This document shows, piece by piece, positions 23,429 to 33,162 of a DNA stretch of 64,000 bases. Both the position numbers and the translations under genes were made by a program. Under the pieces are notes generated by a model, which had not been told where the DNA came from, did not search any database, and was given only the letters and a program-made list of their open reading frames with translations. The stretch comes from a virus. The first letter of the stretch is position 1; every line of letters begins with the position of its first letter. The stretch is taken from the IMG/VR virus record IMGVR_UViG_3300009008_000005, positions 64,001 to 128,000 of that record; one strand, 5' to 3'.

Positions 23429-23965
23429 ATGGAAGAAAACCTGGAGGTGTATATGGTAAGGCTTGAACAACTCGTCGAGGACTGCGTACGGCGCAACGTC
23501 ACCGAGATGAGTAGAAACATCCGGAACTCGTTTTTGATGAAGAGCGAGCTTGGAGAGAACGTGCTCCAAGACCTCGCACTCCTGGGTATCGTAGCAGAGG
23601 CCCATTGGGGTATCGCAGGGTTACGTGTCCACGTTCTCCGGCGAACACTCAATGGAGACATTCTGCAGGTTTACAGATACCATGGCGTCGTATCTAGGAA
23701 TGCTAACCTGGACGAAATCAACTGCCCTGAGGCCGGTGTAGCTGGGCACTACAACTGTGGTTGGTGCCCACGATGTGACACGGACCTGAATCGGTGTGTG
23801 TGCCCACGGAGCAGCCTAGGTGAGAGGAGTAGGTCACTGAGACGAGTCGAGATTAACCAACGCAAGGGTCGACTCTATGGACTCACGAGGGAACCTATGA
23901 CCTTCACGCTTCCGGCTCCGAACTACACGATGCCCAATGGAGTCCCGCTCGCCATGTGTATCTAA
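23429..23965 (+). CDS. Hypothetical protein with WCxxC..C.C motif
   Basis: GWCPRCDTDLNRCVC; ATAAGAA at 23420. Confidence 0.6.
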   Translation: MEENLEVYMVRLEQLVEDCVRRNVTEMSRNIRNSFLMKSELGENVLQDLALLGIVAEAHWGIAGLRVHVLRRTLNGDILQVYRYHGVVSRNANLDEINCPEAGVAGHYNCGWCPRCDTDLNRCVCPRSSLGERSRSLRRVEINQRKGRLYGLTREPMTFTLPAPNYTMPNGVPLAMCI

Positions 23966-24012
23966 AAAGGAGGGCGTGAGCCCTCCTGGAAGGGCTCTGC
24001 CCTTCTTACCCC

Positions 24013-24270
24013 TTAGAGAAAGGGGTGGTAGTTGCTTCCGTAGTTGTTCCAGTACATCTCTTCCTCCATCTCCTCGATGGTCAGCATGTTGCTGCCAGGC
24101 TGGGAGGAAACAGACGTCGAGCCCGGACCCCAAGAGCGGAGGATCCGACCCCCTGACTCCACAGGAGCCTTGTCCTTGGCCACCGACCCCGGGAACTTCA
24201 TCTTCTCCTTGAGGGTCTCCAAGTCACCCTCGGTCAGAGTGTGTTTCACCGCACCGACGATTCCGCTCAT
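24013..24270 (-). CDS. Hypothetical protein
   Basis: AGGAAAGG RBS; divergent from the lysin across a palindrome. Confidence 0.55.
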   Translation of the reverse strand: MSGIVGAVKHTLTEGDLETLKEKMKFPGSVAKDKAPVESGGRILRSWGPGSTSVSSQPGSNMLTIEEMEEEMYWNNYGSNYHPFL

Positions 24271-24284
24271 CCCTTTCCTCCTGA

Positions 24285-24299
24285 TATTTCGTTGAAATA
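24285..24299. promoter_or_regulatory. 15-bp palindromic operator upstream of the lysin
   Basis: TATTTCGTTGAAATA between divergent genes. Confidence 0.7.
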
Positions 24300-24357
24300 C
24301 TTGTCGAACACCCCCATTCAGGGCTACACTTCCCTTATACCAGTAAGGAGGTGTCCA

Positions 24358-25395
24358 ATGGTTCTGAAGCGAGGTTCCAAGGGAACAGAGGTAGAAAACT
24401 TACAAGACATGCTCAACCGTGCTGGCTACTCCACAGGTATTCCGGACGGTGATTTTGGGCCAATCACGGAAGCCGCTGTAGAGGCGTTCCAGAAGAAGCA
24501 TGGGCTTACGCCTGATGGTATCGTAGGTAAGCACACCTTCACGATGCTGGAGTGTACGCTCAACCAATCCGAACTGCACATCACCGATGACATCGTGGAT
24601 ACCTTCCACGAGGCAGTGGCCCTTGAAGACCAGATGCCTATCACGGAGACGGACAAGCGGATGTCTGCGGCCATCAAGCTCATGCAGACCTGTGACAACG
24701 GCCAGGGTTGTAGGTACGGTGGGTGGCCAAACCCCTACCAGTTTGACAAAGACCCCTTCAAGGAAGGCGATGTGTTCCCACTTCCGAGGGTTAGCCGGAT
24801 CGTGGAGGGGACCAAAGTAGTCCAGCCTGCTCACGGTGGGACGTGCTCCCCTTGGGGTGGCCTATTCTTGGGCTGGTGGCTCTGCACCAACCAGGACTAC
24901 AACTTCCGGATCGGCCGCAACGCCAGGTGGATGGCTACATGGCCCCATGACAAGGTCTATAAGGGCCAGGTAATCCCAGGGTATGGAGACTACTCCGAGG
25001 TTGAAGGAGTTCTCCGTCTGGAACACCACCCGCTGAATCTCCTCTACAAGAGCTGGGAGTGGCTCAACCAGGTGAACATCGTCGAGATGTCTCACCACGT
25101 CATCCTTATCCTCAAGGTCGGAGGGGAAGACGGGCTGCACCTGGAAGATCCCTACCTCCCTGGGACACCCGTCAGGTCAGGTCTTTATAGGCTCGCCGCA
25201 GACGGATATTACCCCCGCAGGGAAGGTAAGAAGTTCTACTCCGGGACCAAGCAGACCTTCCGCCTCGTGAAGAAGGTCGAGAAGACCACACAAGCCTGGG
25301 ATGTCTACAGGATCGCAGACAACCACCCCGACGACTGCTGCCCCACCTCCGGCCCGTGGGCTGGTCGCACACCTAGGACCCTCGGCCTAGAGTAG
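24358..25395 (+). CDS. Peptidoglycan-binding domain plus putative papain/NlpC-P60-like catalytic domain (endolysin candidate)
   Basis: LKRGSKGTEVENLQ ... DGDFGPITEAAVEAFQKKHGLTPDGIVG; GTCSPW and SHHVILI. Confidence 0.75.
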   Translation: MVLKRGSKGTEVENLQDMLNRAGYSTGIPDGDFGPITEAAVEAFQKKHGLTPDGIVGKHTFTMLECTLNQSELHITDDIVDTFHEAVALEDQMPITETDKRMSAAIKLMQTCDNGQGCRYGGWPNPYQFDKDPFKEGDVFPLPRVSRIVEGTKVVQPAHGGTCSPWGGLFLGWWLCTNQDYNFRIGRNARWMATWPHDKVYKGQVIPGYGDYSEVEGVLRLEHHPLNLLYKSWEWLNQVNIVEMSHHVILILKVGGEDGLHLEDPYLPGTPVRSGLYRLAADGYYPRREGKKFYSGTKQTFRLVKKVEKTTQAWDVYRIADNHPDDCCPTSGPWAGRTPRTLGLE

Positions 25396-25482
25396 TCTCT
25401 CCGGCTTCCTCCGTCACTTCTAATCCCGCAGATTCTGGCATAAGAAGACTGTAAGGGATCACCACAAATACGGAGGAACCGA

Positions 25483-26505
25483 ATGCCAATACAGGAAGCA
25501 GTTCAATCATCGAACATGCCTGCGGGCGCAACGGTGGCTTACAAGAGGGCCATCGAACTGCGTGACACCCTCATCGCCAACGGCATGCTCCGCCGTGTCA
25601 ACCTCACCCCGGATACCGATCCGAGGCGAGAAGGCGACAACGTCGGACCAGAGACGAACATGTTCCGCAACATCTACCCTTGGGGGGTTCACGGGACCGT
25701 CTCTGGTGTCGAGACCTACTTCACCCTGCCTAAGCTCCACTTCTTCAGCGCCGATCACGGCATGGTGTCGGACTACCTTCAGGTCATCGTCCTGGACGAG
25801 CTGCAGGGTACGATCACCAGCAAGTATGACTCCCGATGTGGCTTCCGCATCATCGGTGAACAAACCGGCGAGGCTGAGTACGCACACATCCTGAGGGCCA
25901 TCCTGGAAGGCCGGAAGGTAACGTACTCCGCAGGTCGGCGGAAGATCACCATCATCGGACAGGGGTCCTCCCCGGAGAACGAGGATTCCCGGGCCACGAC
26001 AGAGAACTTCGAGCGGAATCTCGTCTGGGTGTCGAGTGACTGCAGCTCCATTATCCGCCTGAAGGCTCCGAACTTCAGCCTAACGCCGGGTCAGCCTCTC
26101 ACGAGACCGTGGGACCGTTACCTGTGCTACAATCGCATGAGCGACCTGCCGAGGTCACGTCTTCCCTCCGAAAGTACCCGCATCGTGGAGCCCTTCCTCG
26201 ACAACGCCATCCCTGGGCGCAAGGGCATCACCGACCATGGATTCCACTGGGTCTGCCTCCCGCTCGTGTCTTGGGACTTCTGTGGGGTGATCGAGACCGA
26301 GCGGAAGGTCGTCTACCTCTGGAACGACTCGACCCGCAGCTTCTACACCCTCAGTGATGCCGCCGTGGCAGCGCCGACCCCCACCACTCCCTTCGACTTC
26401 GCAGGGCTCTACTACTTCCTGCGAGGTGACATCAGAAACTGCTCCATCAGTGGGCCCAGCAGGGACGAGGGCTTCCTCATCTGGAAGAACAGGGGGATAA
26501 GATGA
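25483..26505 (+). CDS. Hypothetical protein
   Basis: 340 aa, GGAGG RBS, ATAAGAA at 25440. Confidence 0.8.
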   Translation: MPIQEAVQSSNMPAGATVAYKRAIELRDTLIANGMLRRVNLTPDTDPRREGDNVGPETNMFRNIYPWGVHGTVSGVETYFTLPKLHFFSADHGMVSDYLQVIVLDELQGTITSKYDSRCGFRIIGEQTGEAEYAHILRAILEGRKVTYSAGRRKITIIGQGSSPENEDSRATTENFERNLVWVSSDCSSIIRLKAPNFSLTPGQPLTRPWDRYLCYNRMSDLPRSRLPSESTRIVEPFLDNAIPGRKGITDHGFHWVCLPLVSWDFCGVIETERKVVYLWNDSTRSFYTLSDAAVAAPTPTTPFDFAGLYYFLRGDIRNCSISGPSRDEGFLIWKNRGIR

Positions 26506-27596
26506 ATACGAACATGAACCACGCCGAATTCCACAAGTTCGGCCACAACCTGCTCCGGTACCTCACCAACGCCGGGGTGATGGAGAGGCACGACAGCAAG
26601 TACCCGGTGCCGGGTCCCCAGGAGAACCTGACGAGAAGCCCGTTCATGTCGGAGAACAAACGGCTCTACGGGACCTTCGGGCGGGATAGGAACGGGGTGC
26701 AGTACTTCATCCTCCCGATGTGCACCGTGAAGGACAAGAACGCAGGTTGGAGCCACGCCAACATGCCCGGGTTCATCCAGCTCTTCGTCTTCGACACGCC
26801 CGAATCCCCGCTCGACTGTGCGAGGTTCGACCCCAAGTACGGATACCGCATCCTCGTCGGGCACAACGACCTGTACACCCACGATGACATCTGGGATCTG
26901 GTGGACGTCCTGTCCCTGGGTGGGCAGATGCGCTTTCCTGTCCAGGATGGAAGCATCACGATCGAGAAGTACCTCAAGGAAACGTCGTCGCTGAAGGCGA
27001 AGAAGCCCGTCCTGAAGAAAGGTACGCCGGGGCTGAAGAAGACGAAGGTGCCTGAGATGACGCAGGAGGAGAAGGATGCGGACGAGTACCGGCGTCAGTA
27101 TGAGTTCTTCGCACACCGGAAGAACGAGGTCTACCCGCCCCCGCCCGAGCCCGAAGACGTCCGGGCGTACACCGAGCTTCGGGGGACACTGAGGGACAAC
27201 GTCCCCGACCGCCTCAAGCGGCTCGTCTTCCGTGTCTCCGACATCCTGCCTCCGCTCGGTGAGTTCCACGTGGGCGACTTCCTGAAAACTCCTCCGAATG
27301 GCTTCGGGGAACACCCCAATGGGAGTTCCTCGCTGCTCGTGCTCCCACTGCTCGACGTCACCGAACCCACCGGGAAGTCCTGCTGGAAGAACCTGAAGGC
27401 GTTTGTGAAGTTCAACAACCGGCTGAACGGCGTCGAGTTCTTCTCCGACGACTCTGTGAAGCTGCGGTTCCTCACCCCGGGCGACATGACCGACCTCGAA
27501 CGGGTCCTCCGTGGGACCATCGTCGAGGGGAAGTGCCACGGACTGATCCGGGGCGTGAACACCGCACTGACCTACAAGCTCGCCACATCCCTCTAG
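26502..27596 (+). CDS. Hypothetical protein
   Basis: 364 aa, ATGA overlap, high GC3. Confidence 0.8.
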   Translation: MNTNMNHAEFHKFGHNLLRYLTNAGVMERHDSKYPVPGPQENLTRSPFMSENKRLYGTFGRDRNGVQYFILPMCTVKDKNAGWSHANMPGFIQLFVFDTPESPLDCARFDPKYGYRILVGHNDLYTHDDIWDLVDVLSLGGQMRFPVQDGSITIEKYLKETSSLKAKKPVLKKGTPGLKKTKVPEMTQEEKDADEYRRQYEFFAHRKNEVYPPPPEPEDVRAYTELRGTLRDNVPDRLKRLVFRVSDILPPLGEFHVGDFLKTPPNGFGEHPNGSSSLLVLPLLDVTEPTGKSCWKNLKAFVKFNNRLNGVEFFSDDSVKLRFLTPGDMTDLERVLRGTIVEGKCHGLIRGVNTALTYKLATSL

Positions 27597-27693
27597 ACCC
27601 GCCAGCTCCCTCCTAAAATGCAGCGTCCGCTGCATTTTTATTACCTAAAACCGGGCATAAGAACAGTAGAGACCAAACCACCGTGGAGGTGCA

Positions 27694-27981
27694 ATGAAGA
27701 AACGTCTCATTTTGACTGCGATCCTGCTTGCGCTGCTGATCCTTCTCAGCTGGATCTGGGGTGCATTCAGAGGTCCGCTCGAAGGCGCTGCCGCTGTCGG
27801 CCAGCTCACGGATGACACGACAACATACGTGGCATCCAGAGCTATGGCGGAGGGTCTCATCGGCAAGGTACTGTTTCTGGTCCTGCTCTGCGGGCTCGTG
27901 GTGATCTGGTTCACCCAGCTCAAGGAAGGGGCCGTCAAGTTGGCTGCGAAGATTCGTGGCCGGAGGAGGAATCTGAAGTGA
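27694..27981 (+). CDS. Two-TM membrane protein
   Basis: Two hydrophobic helices; GGAGG RBS. Confidence 0.75.
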   Translation: MKKRLILTAILLALLILLSWIWGAFRGPLEGAAAVGQLTDDTTTYVASRAMAEGLIGKVLFLVLLCGLVVIWFTQLKEGAVKLAAKIRGRRRNLK

Positions 27982-28994
27982 AGAAGTACATTCTGCTCGC
28001 CGCCGTGTTCTCCATCGTCATCGCCGGGTGCCTGGGGCCCGCCGAGGTGCAGCCGATCGAGGAGATCGGTGCGAACGAGACCGCCTTCGTCATCCCCCTG
28101 GAGGGTGCGTCGAAGGACTCCCAGGGTCGGTTCATGTCCGAAGAGTTCCTCCAGGAGAACAAGGTGGCGGGCAAGCGAGTCGTGATCCCGGTCCGCAAGC
28201 GCAAGATCGGCCGGGGGTGGTGGAATTACGAGTGGATCCCCACGATCAAGGTGATCCGGGTGGACCGCACCCCGATCACCATGCGAGTGGACATCCCCGT
28301 GGAGAGCCGGGAGAGCATCGGCTTCAAGGTGGGCGTGAACTTCACAGGCGTCATCGAGGAAGACAACGCCGCCACGTATCTGTACTGGTACAACATCAAG
28401 CCGTTGGCGGAGGTGATGCAGACCAACGTCTACGGGCTGTTCCAGAAGGAGCTGTCCGCAGGCTTCGGGAAGCTGACCATCGATGAGTGCCGGGAGCAGA
28501 AGATCGACGTGGTCAACGGAGCCTCCGAGACCGTCAAGACCTTCTTCGCAGGGAAGGGGATCACCATGCTCAACATCGGACAGGCGGAAGGCCTGACCTA
28601 TGTGAGCCAAGATCTCCAGGACTCCATCGACAACGCCTACATCGCCAACCGGAAGCTCGAACGGGCACAGGTCGATGCCGACACGGTGAAGATCCAGGCG
28701 GCAGGTGATGCGGCGGCGAAGATCGAGACTGCCAAGGGCGATGCGGAGGCTGTGCGAATCGCAGCCGCTGCTGAGGCAGAGGCGAACATCAAGGTCGCCG
28801 CCTCGATCACCCCGGAGTTGGCCCTCTGGCATGGCGTGAAGAAGTGGGGTGGCATGCTGCCGATCACCCTCATGCTGAGCGGCGGGATCGACGGGGGCTA
28901 TGACGAGGTGCTGGATATGAGCACCTTCATCCCCGACCACCAGCCGTCTCCCGCACAGCCGGAACCGGAACCGCTAGCAGGTGGCACCCTGTAG
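27978..28994 (+). CDS. SPFH/Band-7-like lipoprotein
   Basis: Lipobox IAGC, SPFH-like core, AEAEA-type coiled-coil tail. Confidence 0.7.
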   Translation: MKKYILLAAVFSIVIAGCLGPAEVQPIEEIGANETAFVIPLEGASKDSQGRFMSEEFLQENKVAGKRVVIPVRKRKIGRGWWNYEWIPTIKVIRVDRTPITMRVDIPVESRESIGFKVGVNFTGVIEEDNAATYLYWYNIKPLAEVMQTNVYGLFQKELSAGFGKLTIDECREQKIDVVNGASETVKTFFAGKGITMLNIGQAEGLTYVSQDLQDSIDNAYIANRKLERAQVDADTVKIQAAGDAAAKIETAKGDAEAVRIAAAAEAEANIKVAASITPELALWHGVKKWGGMLPITLMLSGGIDGGYDEVLDMSTFIPDHQPSPAQPEPEPLAGGTL

Positions 28995-29020
28995 CGACCG
29001 GGTGAACCTGGCGTAACGAG

Positions 29021-29042
29021 AAAGGGGCTTCGGCCCCTTTTT
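29021..29042 (+). terminator. Intrinsic terminator abutting the next promoter motif
   Basis: AAAGGGGC-TTCG-GCCCCTTTTT then GGTATAAGAAG. Confidence 0.8.
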
Positions 29043-29078
29043 AGGTATAAGAAGATTGAACCCTAAATAGGAGGTGAC

Positions 29079-29624
29079 ATGGACTTCGAGGAACTTCGCA
29101 AAGACGTGGTCGGCACCATGCAGGTCCGACAACTCACACCAACAACGTCAGGTTTCGTCTTCCAGACGGAACCCCTCTACACGGACTACGAGGGAGTGCT
29201 CTACGACCTCGGAGCCATGACTGTGGACATCAACCTGAAGAATAGCATCGTGCGGGTGTCTTCGGACACTACTCCTGAGGGGGAGAGTCCACACCCCCAC
29301 GCAGATCCCTATGGCGTCCTAGACATGGGATACCACGGAATCGTCCTGTGGGAGTGTATCAGCAGCGGGGAATACAGGTCTGCTGTCCAGCTGCTCCTCG
29401 ATATCCTCACAAATATCACCGACGACATCACATACAGGTCCATAAAAGAGTGGCCCAAGATCGAACCGAACCCGGACGGGCTCAAAATGCTCCGTGTCAT
29501 CCAAGCCCTGGCGAACGTCACAGTGCAGGTCCAGCCTGCCGCCGTTTCACAGGAGGAGTGGGAGGCCATGAGCCGGTATGAGAAATCACAGTGGTGGCTC
29601 AACTGGGCGATGGAGCGGAGCTGA
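29079..29624 (+). CDS. Prokaryotic E2/UBC-like protein, catalytic Cys replaced by Asp
   Basis: YDLGAMTVDI ... PHPHADPYGVLDMG ... AVQLLLDIL ... YRSIKEWP. Confidence 0.55.
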   Translation: MDFEELRKDVVGTMQVRQLTPTTSGFVFQTEPLYTDYEGVLYDLGAMTVDINLKNSIVRVSSDTTPEGESPHPHADPYGVLDMGYHGIVLWECISSGEYRSAVQLLLDILTNITDDITYRSIKEWPKIEPNPDGLKMLRVIQALANVTVQVQPAAVSQEEWEAMSRYEKSQWWLNWAMERS

Positions 29625-29696
29625 GGGAAAAGGTACGGGCCCGTAGGGGCCCTACCTTTTTAGGTATAAGAAGAGTAGTCAATCAGGAGGAAGCAC

Positions 29697-30446
29697 ATGA
29701 ACCGATATAAGATTCAGAGACAACTGCAGAAGGCCTTCAGCGGGAGAGGACCGGTGAAGAGCCTCACGTTCCCCAGTGACAGTCGCATCATCTTCAAGAC
29801 GAAAGTCATTCCCATCGTCGCAGATGGGATCACCCACAAGCTTGGCCCCTACACCGTCGAGATCGACCTAGAATGGAGGGAGGTAAAGCTCCTCACGGAC
29901 AACGACTACGACGGCTACGACTACGTAGGTACGCACCCTCACGACGACGGCGGAGGTATGTGCATGGGGAATGGGACCCACCTCTTCAAGACCCTCCTGG
30001 ATGAGAGAAAGTTCGAAGAGGCTATCCAACTCCTCCTGGTCCACATGCGGACCTGGACTCCGAGTGACGACATGGTACCCCTGTGGGTCTGGGGTGGGGT
30101 CGCACCCATGGACTTCATGACCGACAGGTTCTGCGACGAATACTGGCCCATACCGCTTCATCGCATCCCGAAAATGAATGGGAGTATCGTCTTCCCAAAG
30201 TTGCGCTCGGATCCCAACGATGTCGAGGTGGAGCACTTCACCCTACTCGGCGACGTGAGTGAGGAAGTCTATAGCGGTGGTGACACCGCCTTCATCCGAT
30301 TCGTTCGCAACACCAAAGCACGGAGAGCCACCGCAGAAGTGTTCGACCGGAAGACTCCCGGTGGTCCACTCAAGGCGTGGAAGCGCTTCTGCATGGGTGC
30401 CGAAGCTTGGGGCGAAACCTGGACCTCAAGGAGGGCTTACATATGA
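29697..30446 (+). CDS. Prokaryotic E2/UBC-like protein with catalytic Cys
   Basis: HKLGPYTVEI ... THPHDDGGGMCMGNG ... AIQLLLVHMRTW. Confidence 0.6.
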   Translation: MNRYKIQRQLQKAFSGRGPVKSLTFPSDSRIIFKTKVIPIVADGITHKLGPYTVEIDLEWREVKLLTDNDYDGYDYVGTHPHDDGGGMCMGNGTHLFKTLLDERKFEEAIQLLLVHMRTWTPSDDMVPLWVWGGVAPMDFMTDRFCDEYWPIPLHRIPKMNGSIVFPKLRSDPNDVEVEHFTLLGDVSEEVYSGGDTAFIRFVRNTKARRATAEVFDRKTPGGPLKAWKRFCMGAEAWGETWTSRRAYI

Positions 30447-30847
30447 CCGTGTGCAATAAAACTGATCTCACGAAGCTGCAGACCCTCGCACAGGACGTGC
30501 AGCAGCTGGTCGAGCAGTACTTCGATACGTACTGCAAGGCGGGCGATCCCTACACCACTGAGGTAAGGAGCCTTCTGGAGAATTTTCTCACTCTGTACCT
30601 CCAGGATGGCGAAGGCAGCATCTACCTCGGAATCGGACAGGGTCCGGACCCCTCCGTCGTCGAAGTGTGGCCCTCCGGGGATGCGTCCTTCTCGAAGCTG
30701 AACGACCTCTGCGACCTGCCCATCGGCGCACGGTGGGCTTTCCATATTCCGTCCGAACTCTTCAGCCCGAACTGTCGGCCTGGGTACGGGTACACCGATA
30801 ACAAACCGTACATCCCGGCCTGCTACAGTGGAGGAGAAATAGTATGA
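30443..30847 (+). CDS. Hypothetical protein (paralog family RWxFxIP)
   Basis: KLNDLCDLPIGARWAFHIPSEL. Confidence 0.7.
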   Translation: MTVCNKTDLTKLQTLAQDVQQLVEQYFDTYCKAGDPYTTEVRSLLENFLTLYLQDGEGSIYLGIGQGPDPSVVEVWPSGDASFSKLNDLCDLPIGARWAFHIPSELFSPNCRPGYGYTDNKPYIPACYSGGEIV

Positions 30848-31221
30848 GCAATGAACTCTGCAAACTCCAGGTGTTCGCAGGAGGCCTGCGGCAGCACTTG
30901 AAGGCCTTCGCAGGAACCTTCTCCGCCAAGTACCGACCGTCCAGCTACCAGATCCGAACCTCTGCGGAGGCGTACTTCCGCAAGTCGTTCCCCGGCAACC
31001 TGCTCCCCGCTGTCTGCGGGGTGTCGATGTCCACATATGCTGGTGATCCGAACATGTTCGAACTCTACCCCGCCACCGAGCCAGGGGCGGCGAAAGTCAA
31101 CAAGATCCTCGGCCTCCCCCACGAGGCAAGGTGGACCATCGTGCTCCCCAGGACCATCCTGGAGGCCAACCCGATCCTGGGTGCGCCAAGATCTGGATTC
31201 GGACGGGTGCGTGGTCCGTAG
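30844..31221 (+). CDS. Hypothetical protein (paralog family RWxFxIP)
   Basis: KVNKILGLPHEARWTIVLPRTIL. Confidence 0.7.
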   Translation: MSNELCKLQVFAGGLRQHLKAFAGTFSAKYRPSSYQIRTSAEAYFRKSFPGNLLPAVCGVSMSTYAGDPNMFELYPATEPGAAKVNKILGLPHEARWTIVLPRTILEANPILGAPRSGFGRVRGP

Positions 31222-31307
31222 ACCTCTACTCACGGGTGCCCTTCGGGGTGCCCGTGGGCCCATGAGGTTTTTACGGTATAAGGCTGACGTAGACCACAGG
31301 AGGTAGC

Positions 31308-31607
31308 ATGGCGTCAAAAGTATTGATCTACGGAAAGCCTTGTACGGGGAAATTTACAATGGTGGCGGGCATGGGTTACATGGAGCAGCTAAGGGGTAGG
31401 ACTGTATTTGTCCTAGACCCTGATATCGGAAAGGAGCCCATAGATATCCTAGAGTGGATGTCAGAGAATGCTGACAGGTTCGACACTCTCGTCGTCGTAA
31501 TGCAAGAGCATATGCGGAACCCCGACAAGCTGCAGGGCGAAGATAAATCCAGCATCCTCAAGGAATTCGACACCGCCTTCAGGGTGGAGAGGGTAAAGGT
31601 GAGGTGA
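31308..31607 (+). CDS. Small P-loop-like protein
   Basis: LIYGKPCTGKFT Walker-A-like motif in only 99 aa. Confidence 0.5.
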   Translation: MASKVLIYGKPCTGKFTMVAGMGYMEQLRGRTVFVLDPDIGKEPIDILEWMSENADRFDTLVVVMQEHMRNPDKLQGEDKSSILKEFDTAFRVERVKVR

Positions 31608-31608
31608 C

Positions 31609-31815
31609 ATGAGAGATCCTGACGAAAGTATGCTCAGGGGGACCTTGCGTTCCACCCTTGAGAAGAGATGTGCCTCCTACTGCATGGATGACCCCGAAGA
31701 CCGGGAGCATGCCGTAGACGAACTGGAGGAGGCCATGCTGAAGTATATCGGTGTCGTCTGCCATAACCTTCGAGTACGCTGGAACGAGATGCGTGACGCA
31801 GAGGAGCTACTATGA
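31609..31815 (+). CDS. Hypothetical protein
   Basis: GAGGTG RBS, operon fit. Confidence 0.65.
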   Translation: MRDPDESMLRGTLRSTLEKRCASYCMDDPEDREHAVDELEEAMLKYIGVVCHNLRVRWNEMRDAEELL

Positions 31816-32321
31816 GCCCTACACCGAACTTCCAAGCACGTTCTTCCATGGCTGCGGAGAACTTCCGTAGCACTGCGGACTTTCTCCTGGAGACTCAGGG
31901 TTGGACTCTGCATGGACCTGATACAATGGTCACCAATGGAGTCCGTATCTCGCAGATCGCCACAGGGAACATCACGAACCCGTTCTACTTCCTGTACCAC
32001 GGGTCCTACTCCGGGAATCGCCCCGGGCTCCGTAGGAGCGACACCGCACGGAAAGCTATTGCATCAGGATTCCTCCTGCGGGCTATCCGTGTCATTCCCG
32101 TCATCCTCGTGACTACACATCTCCCGGAGAGAGGCACAACGACCAAAAAGATGCTTCAAGCCGCCATCGAAGCTTGTGCGATCTACGACATCATCTGCAT
32201 CCACGACGTCGAAGACGTAGAACGGCTACAGGTCTATCGTGAAGCCGAAAACAGCACACAGTGCGACACAAGTCGGGCCTTGAAGTGGTTCTCCAGGTAC
32301 AGGTGGGCTTACGATGAGTGA
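31812..32321 (+). CDS. Restriction-endonuclease-fold-like protein, degenerate active site
   Basis: FQARS ... RPGLRRSDTARKAI ... LVTTHLP; PD-(D/E)xK acidic residues not evident. Confidence 0.45.
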   Translation: MSPTPNFQARSSMAAENFRSTADFLLETQGWTLHGPDTMVTNGVRISQIATGNITNPFYFLYHGSYSGNRPGLRRSDTARKAIASGFLLRAIRVIPVILVTTHLPERGTTTKKMLQAAIEACAIYDIICIHDVEDVERLQVYREAENSTQCDTSRALKWFSRYRWAYDE

Positions 32322-32603
32322 TGACTGCAAAGAGTGTGGATGTAGCAAGGGTACCAGGCGAGTCTAGTAGAACAACGTGAGACGCATAGGGCACAGTACG
32401 CACGAGACCAACTCAAGATGAACTCACTGCTGCGAGAACTGAACCTGGCTAAGCACGTCATTGGGATGTGCCGTAACCAGCTCCGTGAGTTCGTAGCCAT
32501 CGAGGAACGAGGGACGGATTACGCAAAGCTCCACGGCCCAGCAGTTATACAAGCCGCTCTCGACGCAGTGGAGGACTTCTATGAGCGAGGAAAAGAAACC
32601 TAG
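32314..32603 (+). pseudogene. Small gene with apparent 1-nt deletion near 32352
   Basis: MSDDCKECGCSKG joins YQASLVEQRETH... if one base is added. Confidence 0.4.
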
Positions 32604-32826
32604 AGTCCTGAGCAAGGAACTGGTGGACCTGTCAGATCAGGGCTACAGAATGTCCTACGAGGACCAGAAAACATTCCTTCAAGCCATCGTTGAAGGGTCT
32701 AGCCGTCTTGGGATAGAGGCTAAGAAGATAAAGCCTAAGGAGGTAAAGAAGAAGGCCGTGCCTCCTAAGAAGCCTAAACCTGTCGGCTCTCGCCTAACCA
32801 GAGTAAAGAAAAGGCGTAAAGGCTAA
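32581..32826 (+). CDS. Basic protein ending GSRLTRVKKRRKG
   Basis: Followed by terminator. Confidence 0.7.
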   Translation: MSEEKKPRVLSKELVDLSDQGYRMSYEDQKTFLQAIVEGSSRLGIEAKKIKPKEVKKKAVPPKKPKPVGSRLTRVKKRRKG

Positions 32827-32853
32827 ACAAGGGGGCTACGCCCCCTGTTTACC

Positions 32854-33162
32854 TCATGGTTCCTCTCCCCGAAGCTCTGCAGGGATACTGAACATCCAGC
32901 GGGTGTTGGCCGGTCTTCCCGACCACTTGTTGAGGATCACGAAGCTCTCCATGTTGCGAGGCATGATATCAAGCCTTCCGTCCAAATCCGAAGGCATGAC
33001 GCACACCCGAACACGGGCCTTCTTGTCCTTGACCTTATGGCGGAGGATGTTCTCGATCACGGGACGGAACATCTCGAATGGTACAGGTGAGCGGAGAGCA
33101 GCGACCCTCGTCTCCAACTCCGTCTGTACCTCGACAGCCAACTCCGAGTACTTCTCTATCAT
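32854..33162 (-). CDS. Hypothetical protein (paralog family RWxFxIP)
   Basis: ILNKWSGRPANTRWMFSIPAEL; GGAG RBS. Confidence 0.65.
   Translation of the reverse strand: MIEKYSELAVEVQTELETRVAALRSPVPFEMFRPVIENILRHKVKDKKARVRVCVMPSDLDGRLDIMPRNMESFVILNKWSGRPANTRWMFSIPAELRGEEP

Noticed and set aside
26412-28940. Long minus-strand ORFs 26412..27635 and 27645..28940
   Set aside because: Antisense shadows of GC3-rich plus-strand genes that have RBS, promoter motifs and recognisable domains
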